Shown here: one piece after another, positions 53,746 to 61,838 of the stretch | Numbering within the stretch: position 1 is the first letter of the stretch | Layout: each line of letters starts with the position of its first letter | Assembly: GCA_033856455.1 (NCBI GenBank) | Contig: JAWVEZ010000106.1 | Coordinates: 4,687-68,686, forward strand | DNA length: 64,000 nt | Origin: Solirubrobacterales bacterium | GTDB taxonomy: Bacteria > Actinomycetota > Thermoleophilia > Solirubrobacterales > 70-9 | Direction of reading: 5' to 3' | Program-made: the position numbers and the translations under genes | The notes under the pieces: model-generated | Database searches by the model: none | Told to the model about the DNA's origin: nothing | What the model saw: only the letters and a program-made list of their open reading frames with translations

Positions 53746-56700
53746 ACTCCGTCGCTAAAGCCCTACAGCGTCCGCTACTCGTCTTGGCGCTGGCGCTTGG
53801 CATCGGTGCAAGCACCGCCGCAAGCGCATCTGCCGACGTGATCTGGGACATCCAGGCCACCCACGGCCCGACCGTGATGCAGCCCGGCGAGAAGGCCGAA
53901 TTCGTCTTCTTCGTCCACAACCTCGGCGACGAAGCGGCCGACGAGGTGACGATGCAGATCGAGCTGCCGCCGGGGGCGACCACGCGGATGAAGCCGAAGG
54001 TCGAATACTACGTTCCCGAAGGCCCCGAATCGAGCTGGTTCGCAAGTGGTGAAGGCTCCACCTGGGAGTGCGGCACCCCCGCCGCGGGGCAGTCCAGCCT
54101 CACCTGCACGGCCCCGAACATCCTGCCGGTCAGAGCCGGCGCCCCGCATCTCGGCCGCCTGGCCGTGTGGGTCGACATCCCGCCGAGCGCCACCGGCACC
54201 CTGGAGGCGACGGCCACCGTGACCGGCGGCGGCGCCCAGGCGGTCCACGTCGAGCGCGCGCAGGTCGGCCCGGCCCCGGACCGCTTCGGCATCGACCCGG
54301 CGTCGTTCAAAGCCGACGCCTTCGACGCCGACGGGCAGCCCGCCCGTCAGGCGGGGTCCCGGCCCTTCCGCGCGCACTCGACCTTCAGCTTCTTGCAGCG
54401 CAACGTTGCCTCTCGTTTCGGCAGCGTGCTCGACCACTCGAAGCCGTTCGGGAATCCGCGCGACGTCGAAGTGCGGCTGCCGCGCGGTTTCGTCGGCAAC
54501 CCGCAGGTCGTGGTCACGTGCACCCCGTTCGGACTGGATGTCTACGGAGGGGCGTACTGCCCGGCGGAGAGCCAGGTCGGCAACGCCGAGGTGATGATCG
54601 GGTCCGCGTTCTACGCGGAAGGAGCGTCCGACGCGCTCTTCCCGTCGGACATCCAGCCCGTCTACAACATGCCTACCCCGAAGGGAGTGCTGGCGCGCTT
54701 CGCCTTCGCCCTCGCCGGCCGCCCCACCTACATCGACGCGGTGCTCGACCCGACCGACTACTCGGTCATCGCCCAGGTGAAGAACATCCCCTCGACCGTC
54801 CCGGTCTACTTTCAGCAGCTGAACCTCTGGGGCGTGCCCGGGGACCCGGTCCACGACAGCGAGCGCTACAGCCCCGAGACCCGGTGGGGCTCGCCCTTCA
54901 ACCTTCCGGTTAAGCCCTTCCTCTCGCTGCCGACCGAGTGCAACGTCGCCGACACGACCGACCTGGTGACGCTGACCTCCTATGCGAACCGGGAGACCAA
55001 CGTCGCCGAAGGCCTGAAATCCGAGCCCGCGACCCTGCACGGCTGCGACCAGCTCGACTTCGACCCGACGGTCGAGGTCAAACCCTCGACCAACGTCGCC
55101 GACGCCCCTGCCGGCCTGGAATTCGACCTCCACATCCCCCAGAACGAAGACCCCGAGGGTCGCGCCACCGCGCACCTCAAAGACGCCGTGGTCACGCTGC
55201 CGGCGGGCATGACCGTCAACCCGCCGTCGGCCGACGGCCTCGGCGCCTGCTCGCTGGAGCAGATCGGGTTGGGGACCAACGACCCGGTCGCCTGCCCGGA
55301 GAGCTCCAAGCTCGGCACCGTTGAAGCTTCCTCGCCCCCGGTCGACCATCCGCTTCCCGGATCGGTCTACCTGGCCGAGCAGAACCGCAACCCGTTCAAC
55401 TCCCTGATCGCGATGTACCTGGTGATCGAGGACCCGGAGACCGGCCTGCTGGTAAAGCTCCCCGGCCGCGCGGACCTCGACCCCACCACGGGTCAGATCA
55501 CCGCCACCTTCAAGAACAACCCCCAGCTGCCGGTCGAAGACCTGGCGCTGAAGTTCTTCGAGGGACCGAGGGCCGCCCTGAAGACCCCCACGACCTGCGG
55601 CAACCACACCACCCAGGCCACCTTCACCCCATGGTCATCGCCCGAAGGAGCCGACGCCACCGAGCAGAGCACCTTCAGCCTCACCCAGGGCCCGGCCGGA
55701 GGCGCCTGCCTGCCGGCGGGAGCCCAGGCCCCCAACGCCCCGGCCTTCAGCGCCGGCACCGCCGACCCCACCGCGAAGGCCTACACCCCGTTCAGCCTCA
55801 AACTGACCCGGGCCGACGGCACCCAGCAGCTGCAGGGCATCGACACCCTGCTGCCCGAAGGGCTGACCGGCAAGCTCGCCGGCATCCCCTACTGCTCGGA
55901 GGCCTCCCTGGCCGCCGCCCAGGCCAAGCAGGGCAAAGCCGAGCAGGCCGTCCCGAGCTGTCCCCTCGCCAGCAAGGTCGGCATCGTCAACGTCGGCGCC
56001 GGAGCGGGCAGCACCCCGCTCTACGTCCAGGGCCAGGCCTACCTCGCCGGCCCCTACAAAGGCGCCCCGCTCAGCCTGGCGATCGTCACCCCGGCGGTGG
56101 CGGGCCCCTTCGACCTCGGCACCGTCGTGGTCAGGACCGCGCTCCACGTCGACCCGGCGACCGCTCAGATCCACGCGGTGAGCGACCCCTTCCCGCGGAT
56201 CCTCGAGGGGGTCCCGCTGAACATCCGCTCGATCGCCCTGCGGATGGACCGGCCCGATTTCACCCTCAACCCGACCAGCTGCGACCCGATGGCGATCACC
56301 GGCTCGGCGCTCTCGGTCTTCAACCAGCTCACGCCACTCTCCGAGCGCTTCCAGGTGGGTGAGTGCAGCAAGCTGAAGTTCAAGCCGAAGCTGAGCTTGC
56401 GCCTCAAGGGCAAGACCAAGCGCACCGGGCACCCGGCGCTGACCGCGGTGCTGACCCAGCCGCAGGGCGGCCAGGCCAACATCGACCGCGTCTCGGTCGT
56501 CCTGCCGCGCGCCCAGTTCATCGACCAGGGCCGGATCGGCGAAGTCTGCACGCGCGATCAGTTCGCGGCCAGGGCCTGCCCGGCGAAGTCGATCCTCGGC
56601 ACGGCGACCGCCTACACGCCGCTGCTCGACCGGCCCCTGACGGGGACCGTCTACCTGCGCGCCAACGGCGGCGCGCGCGAACTGCCCGACATGGTCGCCG

Positions 56701-57014
56701 CCCTGCGCGGGCAGATCAACGTCGACCTGGTCGGCTACGTCGACGCGGTGGTCACGCCCGGCACCGAAATATCTCGGATCCGCAACACCTTCGCGATCGT
56801 CCCCGACGCGCCGGTGAGCAAATTCGTCCTGAGGCTGAACGCGGGCAAAAAAGCCCTGCTTGAAAACAGCCGCAACCTTTGCAAATCCACCCAGGAGGCG
56901 ACCGTCAGGATGCTCGGCCAGAACGGCAAGGCCTACGACTTCTCGCCGTCGGTGGAGAACGACTGCGCGAAGAAGCCGAAGAACGGCAAGGGCGGCAAAG
57001 GCAAACGGGGCTGA
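53742..57014 (+). CDS. 1090-aa secreted Cys-paired multidomain protein P2 (paralog of P4) with polybasic tail
   Basis: ATGA overlap with P1. Signal peptide MNSVAKALQRPLLVLALALGIGASTAASASA. N-terminal DUF11/CARDB-like segment GEKAEFVFFVHNLGDEAADEVTMQIELPPG. Collinear with P4. Ends CAKKPKNGKGGKGKRG. Confidence 0.8.
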   Translation: MNSVAKALQRPLLVLALALGIGASTAASASADVIWDIQATHGPTVMQPGEKAEFVFFVHNLGDEAADEVTMQIELPPGATTRMKPKVEYYVPEGPESSWFASGEGSTWECGTPAAGQSSLTCTAPNILPVRAGAPHLGRLAVWVDIPPSATGTLEATATVTGGGAQAVHVERAQVGPAPDRFGIDPASFKADAFDADGQPARQAGSRPFRAHSTFSFLQRNVASRFGSVLDHSKPFGNPRDVEVRLPRGFVGNPQVVVTCTPFGLDVYGGAYCPAESQVGNAEVMIGSAFYAEGASDALFPSDIQPVYNMPTPKGVLARFAFALAGRPTYIDAVLDPTDYSVIAQVKNIPSTVPVYFQQLNLWGVPGDPVHDSERYSPETRWGSPFNLPVKPFLSLPTECNVADTTDLVTLTSYANRETNVAEGLKSEPATLHGCDQLDFDPTVEVKPSTNVADAPAGLEFDLHIPQNEDPEGRATAHLKDAVVTLPAGMTVNPPSADGLGACSLEQIGLGTNDPVACPESSKLGTVEASSPPVDHPLPGSVYLAEQNRNPFNSLIAMYLVIEDPETGLLVKLPGRADLDPTTGQITATFKNNPQLPVEDLALKFFEGPRAALKTPTTCGNHTTQATFTPWSSPEGADATEQSTFSLTQGPAGGACLPAGAQAPNAPAFSAGTADPTAKAYTPFSLKLTRADGTQQLQGIDTLLPEGLTGKLAGIPYCSEASLAAAQAKQGKAEQAVPSCPLASKVGIVNVGAGAGSTPLYVQGQAYLAGPYKGAPLSLAIVTPAVAGPFDLGTVVVRTALHVDPATAQIHAVSDPFPRILEGVPLNIRSIALRMDRPDFTLNPTSCDPMAITGSALSVFNQLTPLSERFQVGECSKLKFKPKLSLRLKGKTKRTGHPALTAVLTQPQGGQANIDRVSVVLPRAQFIDQGRIGEVCTRDQFAARACPAKSILGTATAYTPLLDRPLTGTVYLRANGGARELPDMVAALRGQINVDLVGYVDAVVTPGTEISRIRNTFAIVPDAPVSKFVLRLNAGKKALLENSRNLCKSTQEATVRMLGQNGKAYDFSPSVENDCAKKPKNGKGGKGKRG

Positions 57015-57015
57015 G

Positions 57016-58902
57016 TTGAACCGACCGGGCCAGCTCGCCGGAGCGCTTGCCGCGGCGGCGAGCGCGCTGGCGCTGGCGGCATCGCCGGCATTCGGCCTTT
57101 CGGCCGACCGCGGCTGGGAGATGGTCAGCCCGGTCGACAAGAACGGCGGCAGCATCGAGGGGCCGGAAGCGAACCTCGGCGGCGGCGTCTTCCAGGCCGC
57201 CGCGCAGGGCGGCGCCGTCACCTACACCTCCGGGGCCTCGTTCGCCGCGCCCCAGGGCTCGCCCGGCCCCAACCAGTACCTCGCCCTCCGCACGGGCGAG
57301 GGCTGGAGCACCGAGAACGTCACCCTGCCGCTCTACTCCGGCTCCTACCCAAACGGGTCCGACCCGGGGGTTCCCTACCAGCTCTTCTCCTCTGACCTGG
57401 CAACCGGCCTGGTCACCAACGGCAAACGCTGTCGCGCCACCGGCAGCGCCTGTCCGGTCGCCAACCCGCCACTGCCGGGCTCGGGCGCGCCGGCGGGCTA
57501 TCGGAACTACTACCTGCGCGCCAACGCAACCGGTGCCGCGCAGGCACTCTTGACCACCGCTGGGATCGCCGGGCTCGGTCTCGGACCCGACGAGTTCGAG
57601 GTCGCGGTCGCGGGCGCCACCTCCGACCTCGGCCAGGTCGTGCTCTCGAGCTGCGCGGCGATCACCGCGAACGCGACCGAGGTGCCGGGGGTCGGGGGCG
57701 AATGCGACCCCGAAGAGCAGAACCTCTACCGCTGGGCGGGCGGCACCCTCTCCCTGGTCAACCTGATGCCGGGAGAGGGCGAGGGCACGCCGGGCGCCGA
57801 GCTCGCCGCGGCGAGCGGGGCGATCGCGAACGACGGAAGCCGGGTCTACTGGAGCGACGGCGACGCCCTCTACCTGCGCGAAGGCGGCCAGAGCTTCGCG
57901 GTCGACGGGACGATCGGCGGCGGCGCGGGCTTCGAGGGCGCGGCCGCCGACGGCTCGCTCGCCTACCTGACCAAAGGCGGGCATCTCTACCGCTACGACG
58001 CCGTGACCAAGGCGCTGACCGATCTCACTCCTTCGGGCGGGGTAGAGGGCGTGCTCGGAAGCTCAGCCACCGGCACCCGCGTCTACTACCTGGACGCCAC
58101 CGGCCTCATCCTCCGTGACGGCGCGGTGACGACCAAAGTCGCCGACGCCGCCGACGCCGCCAACTATCCGCCGGCCACGGGCACGGCCCGGGTCAGCGCC
58201 GACGGCAGCCGCCTCGCGTTCGTCGCCTCCGAGCAGATCGGCGCGTTCGACAACGACGGGAGGGCGGAGGTCTACCTCTTCTCGGTCGCCGGACCGACGC
58301 TCACCTGCGCCTCCTGCAACTCGACCGGTAAACCCCCGCTGGGCCCCGCCTCGATGCCGGGTGCGATCCGCAACGGCACGGCGATCCAGACCTACAAGCC
58401 ACGCAACCTCGTCGCCGGCGGCAGCCGCCTCTACTTCGACACCTTCGACGCGCTGGTGCCGCAGGACACCAACAAAGATCGCGACGTCTACCAGTGGGAG
58501 GCGGGGGGCACCGGGACCTGCGTCAAACCAGGCGGCTGCGTCAGCCTGATCTCCAGCGGCCGCTCCGAAGACGGCGCCCGCTTCGTTGACGCCTCGGCCG
58601 ACGGCACGGACGTCTTCTTCACCACCGACGGCTCGCTGGTGCCGGGCGACTCGGGCGCGGTCGACCTCTACGACGCCAGGGTGGGAGGGGGCTTCCCGCT
58701 GCCCCCGGTAGTGATCCCCTGCAACGGCGACGCCTGCCAGCCGCTGCCGCCCGAACCCGAAGACCCGACGCCCGGGACGCTGCTGAGCAAGCCGCAGGGC
58801 AATCCGCCGCTCACCTTCCCGAAGGAACGACGCAAGAAGAAGCCCGGCAAGAAGAAGCCCGGCAAGAAGGGCAAGGGGAAGCAGCGCGGGGGTCGACGGT
58901 GA
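57016..58902 (+). CDS. 628-aa secreted PD40/TolB-like propeller-type protein P3 (paralog of the P1 C-terminal half) with polybasic tail
   Basis: TTG at 57016 (1 nt after the P2 stop) gives the signal peptide NRPGQLAGALAAAASALALAASPAFG. VSADGSRLAFVASE, DTNKDRDVYQWE, SADGTDVFFTT. Ends VGGGFP..PCNGDAC..KERRKKKPGKKKPGKKGKGKQRGGRR. The start codon choice is uncertain. Confidence 0.7.
   Translation: MNRPGQLAGALAAAASALALAASPAFGLSADRGWEMVSPVDKNGGSIEGPEANLGGGVFQAAAQGGAVTYTSGASFAAPQGSPGPNQYLALRTGEGWSTENVTLPLYSGSYPNGSDPGVPYQLFSSDLATGLVTNGKRCRATGSACPVANPPLPGSGAPAGYRNYYLRANATGAAQALLTTAGIAGLGLGPDEFEVAVAGATSDLGQVVLSSCAAITANATEVPGVGGECDPEEQNLYRWAGGTLSLVNLMPGEGEGTPGAELAAASGAIANDGSRVYWSDGDALYLREGGQSFAVDGTIGGGAGFEGAAADGSLAYLTKGGHLYRYDAVTKALTDLTPSGGVEGVLGSSATGTRVYYLDATGLILRDGAVTTKVADAADAANYPPATGTARVSADGSRLAFVASEQIGAFDNDGRAEVYLFSVAGPTLTCASCNSTGKPPLGPASMPGAIRNGTAIQTYKPRNLVAGGSRLYFDTFDALVPQDTNKDRDVYQWEAGGTGTCVKPGGCVSLISSGRSEDGARFVDASADGTDVFFTTDGSLVPGDSGAVDLYDARVGGGFPLPPVVIPCNGDACQPLPPEPEDPTPGTLLSKPQGNPPLTFPKERRKKKPGKKKPGKKGKGKQRGGRR
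58834..58863 (+). repeat. perfect 15-bp tandem duplication aagaagaagcccggc x2 (KKKPG KKKPG) inside the P3 tail
   Basis: Copies at 58834-58848 and 58849-58863, followed by a partial third copy aagaagggcaagggg. Confidence 0.8.
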
Positions 58903-61838
58903 GGCGCGCTCAAGCCTCGGCTAGCAGTTGCTCGCACCAGGCGAGCGCGCAACCGGTCAAGGATCGAGGGCCCTGGGCTGGGATGCTGGCCTCGCTTGCC
59001 ATCGCCTCGCTCGCAATGGCCGTGCTCGCGATTTCTCCCGCCGCCGCCGGGGCGGCGTTCGGCTTCCTGCCGGGGTCCGCGGGCTTCCAGGCGGTTCCGA
59101 GCGTCGAGGGCGGCGAACGGGCGGAGCTCGCCGGATCGCACCCGTTCGCGCTGACCACGGAGGTGAACTTCAAGCTCGCGCCCGAATCGCCGTCGGAGCC
59201 AGGCGTGCAGTTCACCGACGGCGACCTGCGGGACCTGACGATCGACCTGCCGCCGGGCCTGATCGAAAACCCGAGCGTGGTCCCCCGGTGCACTCCGGCG
59301 CAGTTCCAGGCTCCGCGGAGCTCCCCGTTCGAAGCGAGCCTCTCCGGCGAGAGCTGCCCGGACAAGACCCAGATCGGCACGATCGAGATCCGCTCCTCGT
59401 TCGAGGGCGGGACCGCCAGGACCTTCGGAGTCTTCAACCTGGAGCCGCCGCCGGGCTTCCCCTCGCGCTTCGGCGCCAGCCCGCACGGGACGCCGGTCGT
59501 GATCACCCCGCGGATCCGCGAAACCGGCTCCGAGTTCGGGCTCAGCCTCGAGCTGAGGAACTTCCCCCAGCGCTTCGACACCTACGGCTTCACGCTGAGG
59601 CTCTGGGGGACCCCGTGGAGCGTCGCCCACGACGGGCAGCGAGGTAACTGCCTGAACCAGCGGGAGCCGAGCTTCCCGAACGCCAAATGCTCGGTCGGCC
59701 AGCCGCGCTTCAATCTGCGCCAGGCGTATCTGACCCTGCCCTCCTCCTGTGACGGACCGCTGAGCTTCGGGGTCAGCGCGACGTCCTGGCAGCAGCCGGG
59801 GACGGTGCGGGCGGAGTCCGCGGGGCCGCCGCTGAGCGCCTGCGAGACGCTGCCCTTCGGCCCGGCGCCGCTCGCCCGCCTCAACACCGACCGCGCCGGC
59901 TCGCCCTCGGGCTTCGACTTCACCCTGCAGGGCGACACCGAGGGCCTCACGGAACCGGCGCAGCGGGCTGCCTCCCCCGTTAAGAAGGCGGTGGTGATGA
60001 TGCCGGCGGGGATCACGATCAATCCCTCGATCGGGGCGGGGCTCGGCACCTGCTCGCCGGCGCAGTTCGCGGCCGAGACGCTCACCTCAGCGCCGGGGGC
60101 GGGGTGTCCGAACGCTGCCAAGATCGGCGAGCTGACGGTCAAAAGCCCGCTCTTCGAAGGCGAAGTCAAAGGCGGCCTCTTCCTCGCCCAACCCGACGAC
60201 CCCGACAGTCCCGGGCCCGAGAACCCCTTCGACTCGATGATCGCGCTCTATCTCGTCGCCAAGTCGCCTGAGCGCGGGGTGATGGTGCGGCTGGCCGGGA
60301 AGACCGTCGCCGACCCGGCCAGCGGCCAGCTCACCACCACCTTCGACGGCCTCCCGCAACTGCCCTACACCACCTTCAACGTCAACTTCCGCGACGGCCA
60401 GCGCACCCCCCTCGCCACCCCGGCTACCTGCGGCCACTACGCGACCGAGATCCGGCTCAGCCCCTGGCTGGAGCCGGCCGAGGTCGCGACCTACAGCACC
60501 CCGTTCGAGCTCGACGCCGGGATCGGCGGGGGGCCCTGTCCGGCCGGCACGCCGCCGTTTCACCCGGGAGCCGTCAACGGCACGATCAACCGCGCCGCCG
60601 GTGCCTACACCTCTTTCTACATGCGCCTCTCGCGAACCGACGCCGAGCAGGAGATCACCTCCTACTCGGCGCTCTTCCCGCCGGGCCTGCTCGGCAGGCT
60701 GAAAGGCGTTCCCTACTGCCCGGAGGCGGCGATCGAGACGGCGAAACGAAACACCGGCATCGCCGAGCGGCGCGACCCGTCCTGCCCGGCCGCCTCGCTG
60801 ATCGGGCGCACCCACTCGGGCTACGGCCTCAGCTCGGTGCTCGCCTACGCGCCCGGCAACCTCTACCTCGCGGGACCCTACGGCGGCTCGCCCTTCTCGA
60901 TCGTCGCGATCAACGCCGCCCTCGTCGGTCCCTTCGACCTGGGCGTCGTCACGGTCCGCTCGGCGATCCGGATCGACCGCCGCACCGCCCAGGTCTCGGT
61001 CGACTCCTCCGACTCGGACCCGATCCCCCACATCCTCGACGGCATTCCGCTGCACCTGCGCGACGTGCGGGTCTATCTCGACCGCCCGAACTTCATGCTC
61101 AACCCGACCTCCTGCGACCCGTTCGCGGCGGTCTCGTCGATGAACGGATCCGGTGCCGATTTCGCCTCGAGCGCCGACGACGTCACCGTCGCGGTGCCGA
61201 GCCTCTTCCAGGTCTCGAGCTGCTCGGACCTCCAGTTCAAGCCGCGGATGCGGTTCACGCTCCGAGGCGGAAATCGGCGCGGGCAGTACCCGAAGCTGCA
61301 GGCGGTGGTGCGGCCACGGCCAGGGAACGCCAACATCGGCTACGCCTCGGTGCTGCTGCCCCCGAGCCTGTTCCTCGCCCAGGAGCACATCGACACGATC
61401 TGCACCCGGCGCCAGTTCGAGCTCGCGAACTGCCCGCCCGGCTCCCGTTACGGCTACGCGAAAGCGGTGACGCCGCTGCTTGGTCAGCCGCTGCAGGGGC
61501 CGGTGTACCTGCGGGCATCCGACAACCTGCTCCCGGACCTCGTCGCCGACCTCTCCGGCGCGGGGGTGCGGATCGAGGTGGGGGGGAGGATCGACTCCGT
61601 CCGGGGCGGCATGCGCGCGACCTTCTCGGTCCTCCCCGACGCCCCGGTGACCAAGTTCACGATGAACCTGAGGGGCGGCAAGAAAGGACTGCTGGCGATC
61701 TCCGACAACCTCTGCAAGGTCGAGGCGGTCGTGAACTCGCGGATGGGCGGTCAGAACAACATCGGCACGATCGTGCGCTCGCCGATCGAGGTCGAATGCC
61801 CGAAGCAGGGTAACGGGGGACGGGGGGGACGGCGATGA
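58899..61838 (+). CDS. ~950-980-aa secreted Cys-paired multidomain protein P4 (paralog of P2) with short basic tail
   Basis: GTGA overlap with P3. The alternative ATG at 58983 gives the signal peptide MLASLAIASLAMAVLAISPAAAGA. Blocks shared with P2 include LPPGLIENPSVVPRCTP, LWGTPWSVAHD, MPAGITINPS, NPFDSMIALYLV, DRPNFMLNPTSCDP and GGKKGLLAISDNLC. Ends ECPKQGNGGRGGRR. Confidence 0.8.
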   Translation: MRRAQASASSCSHQASAQPVKDRGPWAGMLASLAIASLAMAVLAISPAAAGAAFGFLPGSAGFQAVPSVEGGERAELAGSHPFALTTEVNFKLAPESPSEPGVQFTDGDLRDLTIDLPPGLIENPSVVPRCTPAQFQAPRSSPFEASLSGESCPDKTQIGTIEIRSSFEGGTARTFGVFNLEPPPGFPSRFGASPHGTPVVITPRIRETGSEFGLSLELRNFPQRFDTYGFTLRLWGTPWSVAHDGQRGNCLNQREPSFPNAKCSVGQPRFNLRQAYLTLPSSCDGPLSFGVSATSWQQPGTVRAESAGPPLSACETLPFGPAPLARLNTDRAGSPSGFDFTLQGDTEGLTEPAQRAASPVKKAVVMMPAGITINPSIGAGLGTCSPAQFAAETLTSAPGAGCPNAAKIGELTVKSPLFEGEVKGGLFLAQPDDPDSPGPENPFDSMIALYLVAKSPERGVMVRLAGKTVADPASGQLTTTFDGLPQLPYTTFNVNFRDGQRTPLATPATCGHYATEIRLSPWLEPAEVATYSTPFELDAGIGGGPCPAGTPPFHPGAVNGTINRAAGAYTSFYMRLSRTDAEQEITSYSALFPPGLLGRLKGVPYCPEAAIETAKRNTGIAERRDPSCPAASLIGRTHSGYGLSSVLAYAPGNLYLAGPYGGSPFSIVAINAALVGPFDLGVVTVRSAIRIDRRTAQVSVDSSDSDPIPHILDGIPLHLRDVRVYLDRPNFMLNPTSCDPFAAVSSMNGSGADFASSADDVTVAVPSLFQVSSCSDLQFKPRMRFTLRGGNRRGQYPKLQAVVRPRPGNANIGYASVLLPPSLFLAQEHIDTICTRRQFELANCPPGSRYGYAKAVTPLLGQPLQGPVYLRASDNLLPDLVADLSGAGVRIEVGGRIDSVRGGMRATFSVLPDAPVTKFTMNLRGGKKGLLAISDNLCKVEAVVNSRMGGQNNIGTIVRSPIEVECPKQGNGGRGGRR

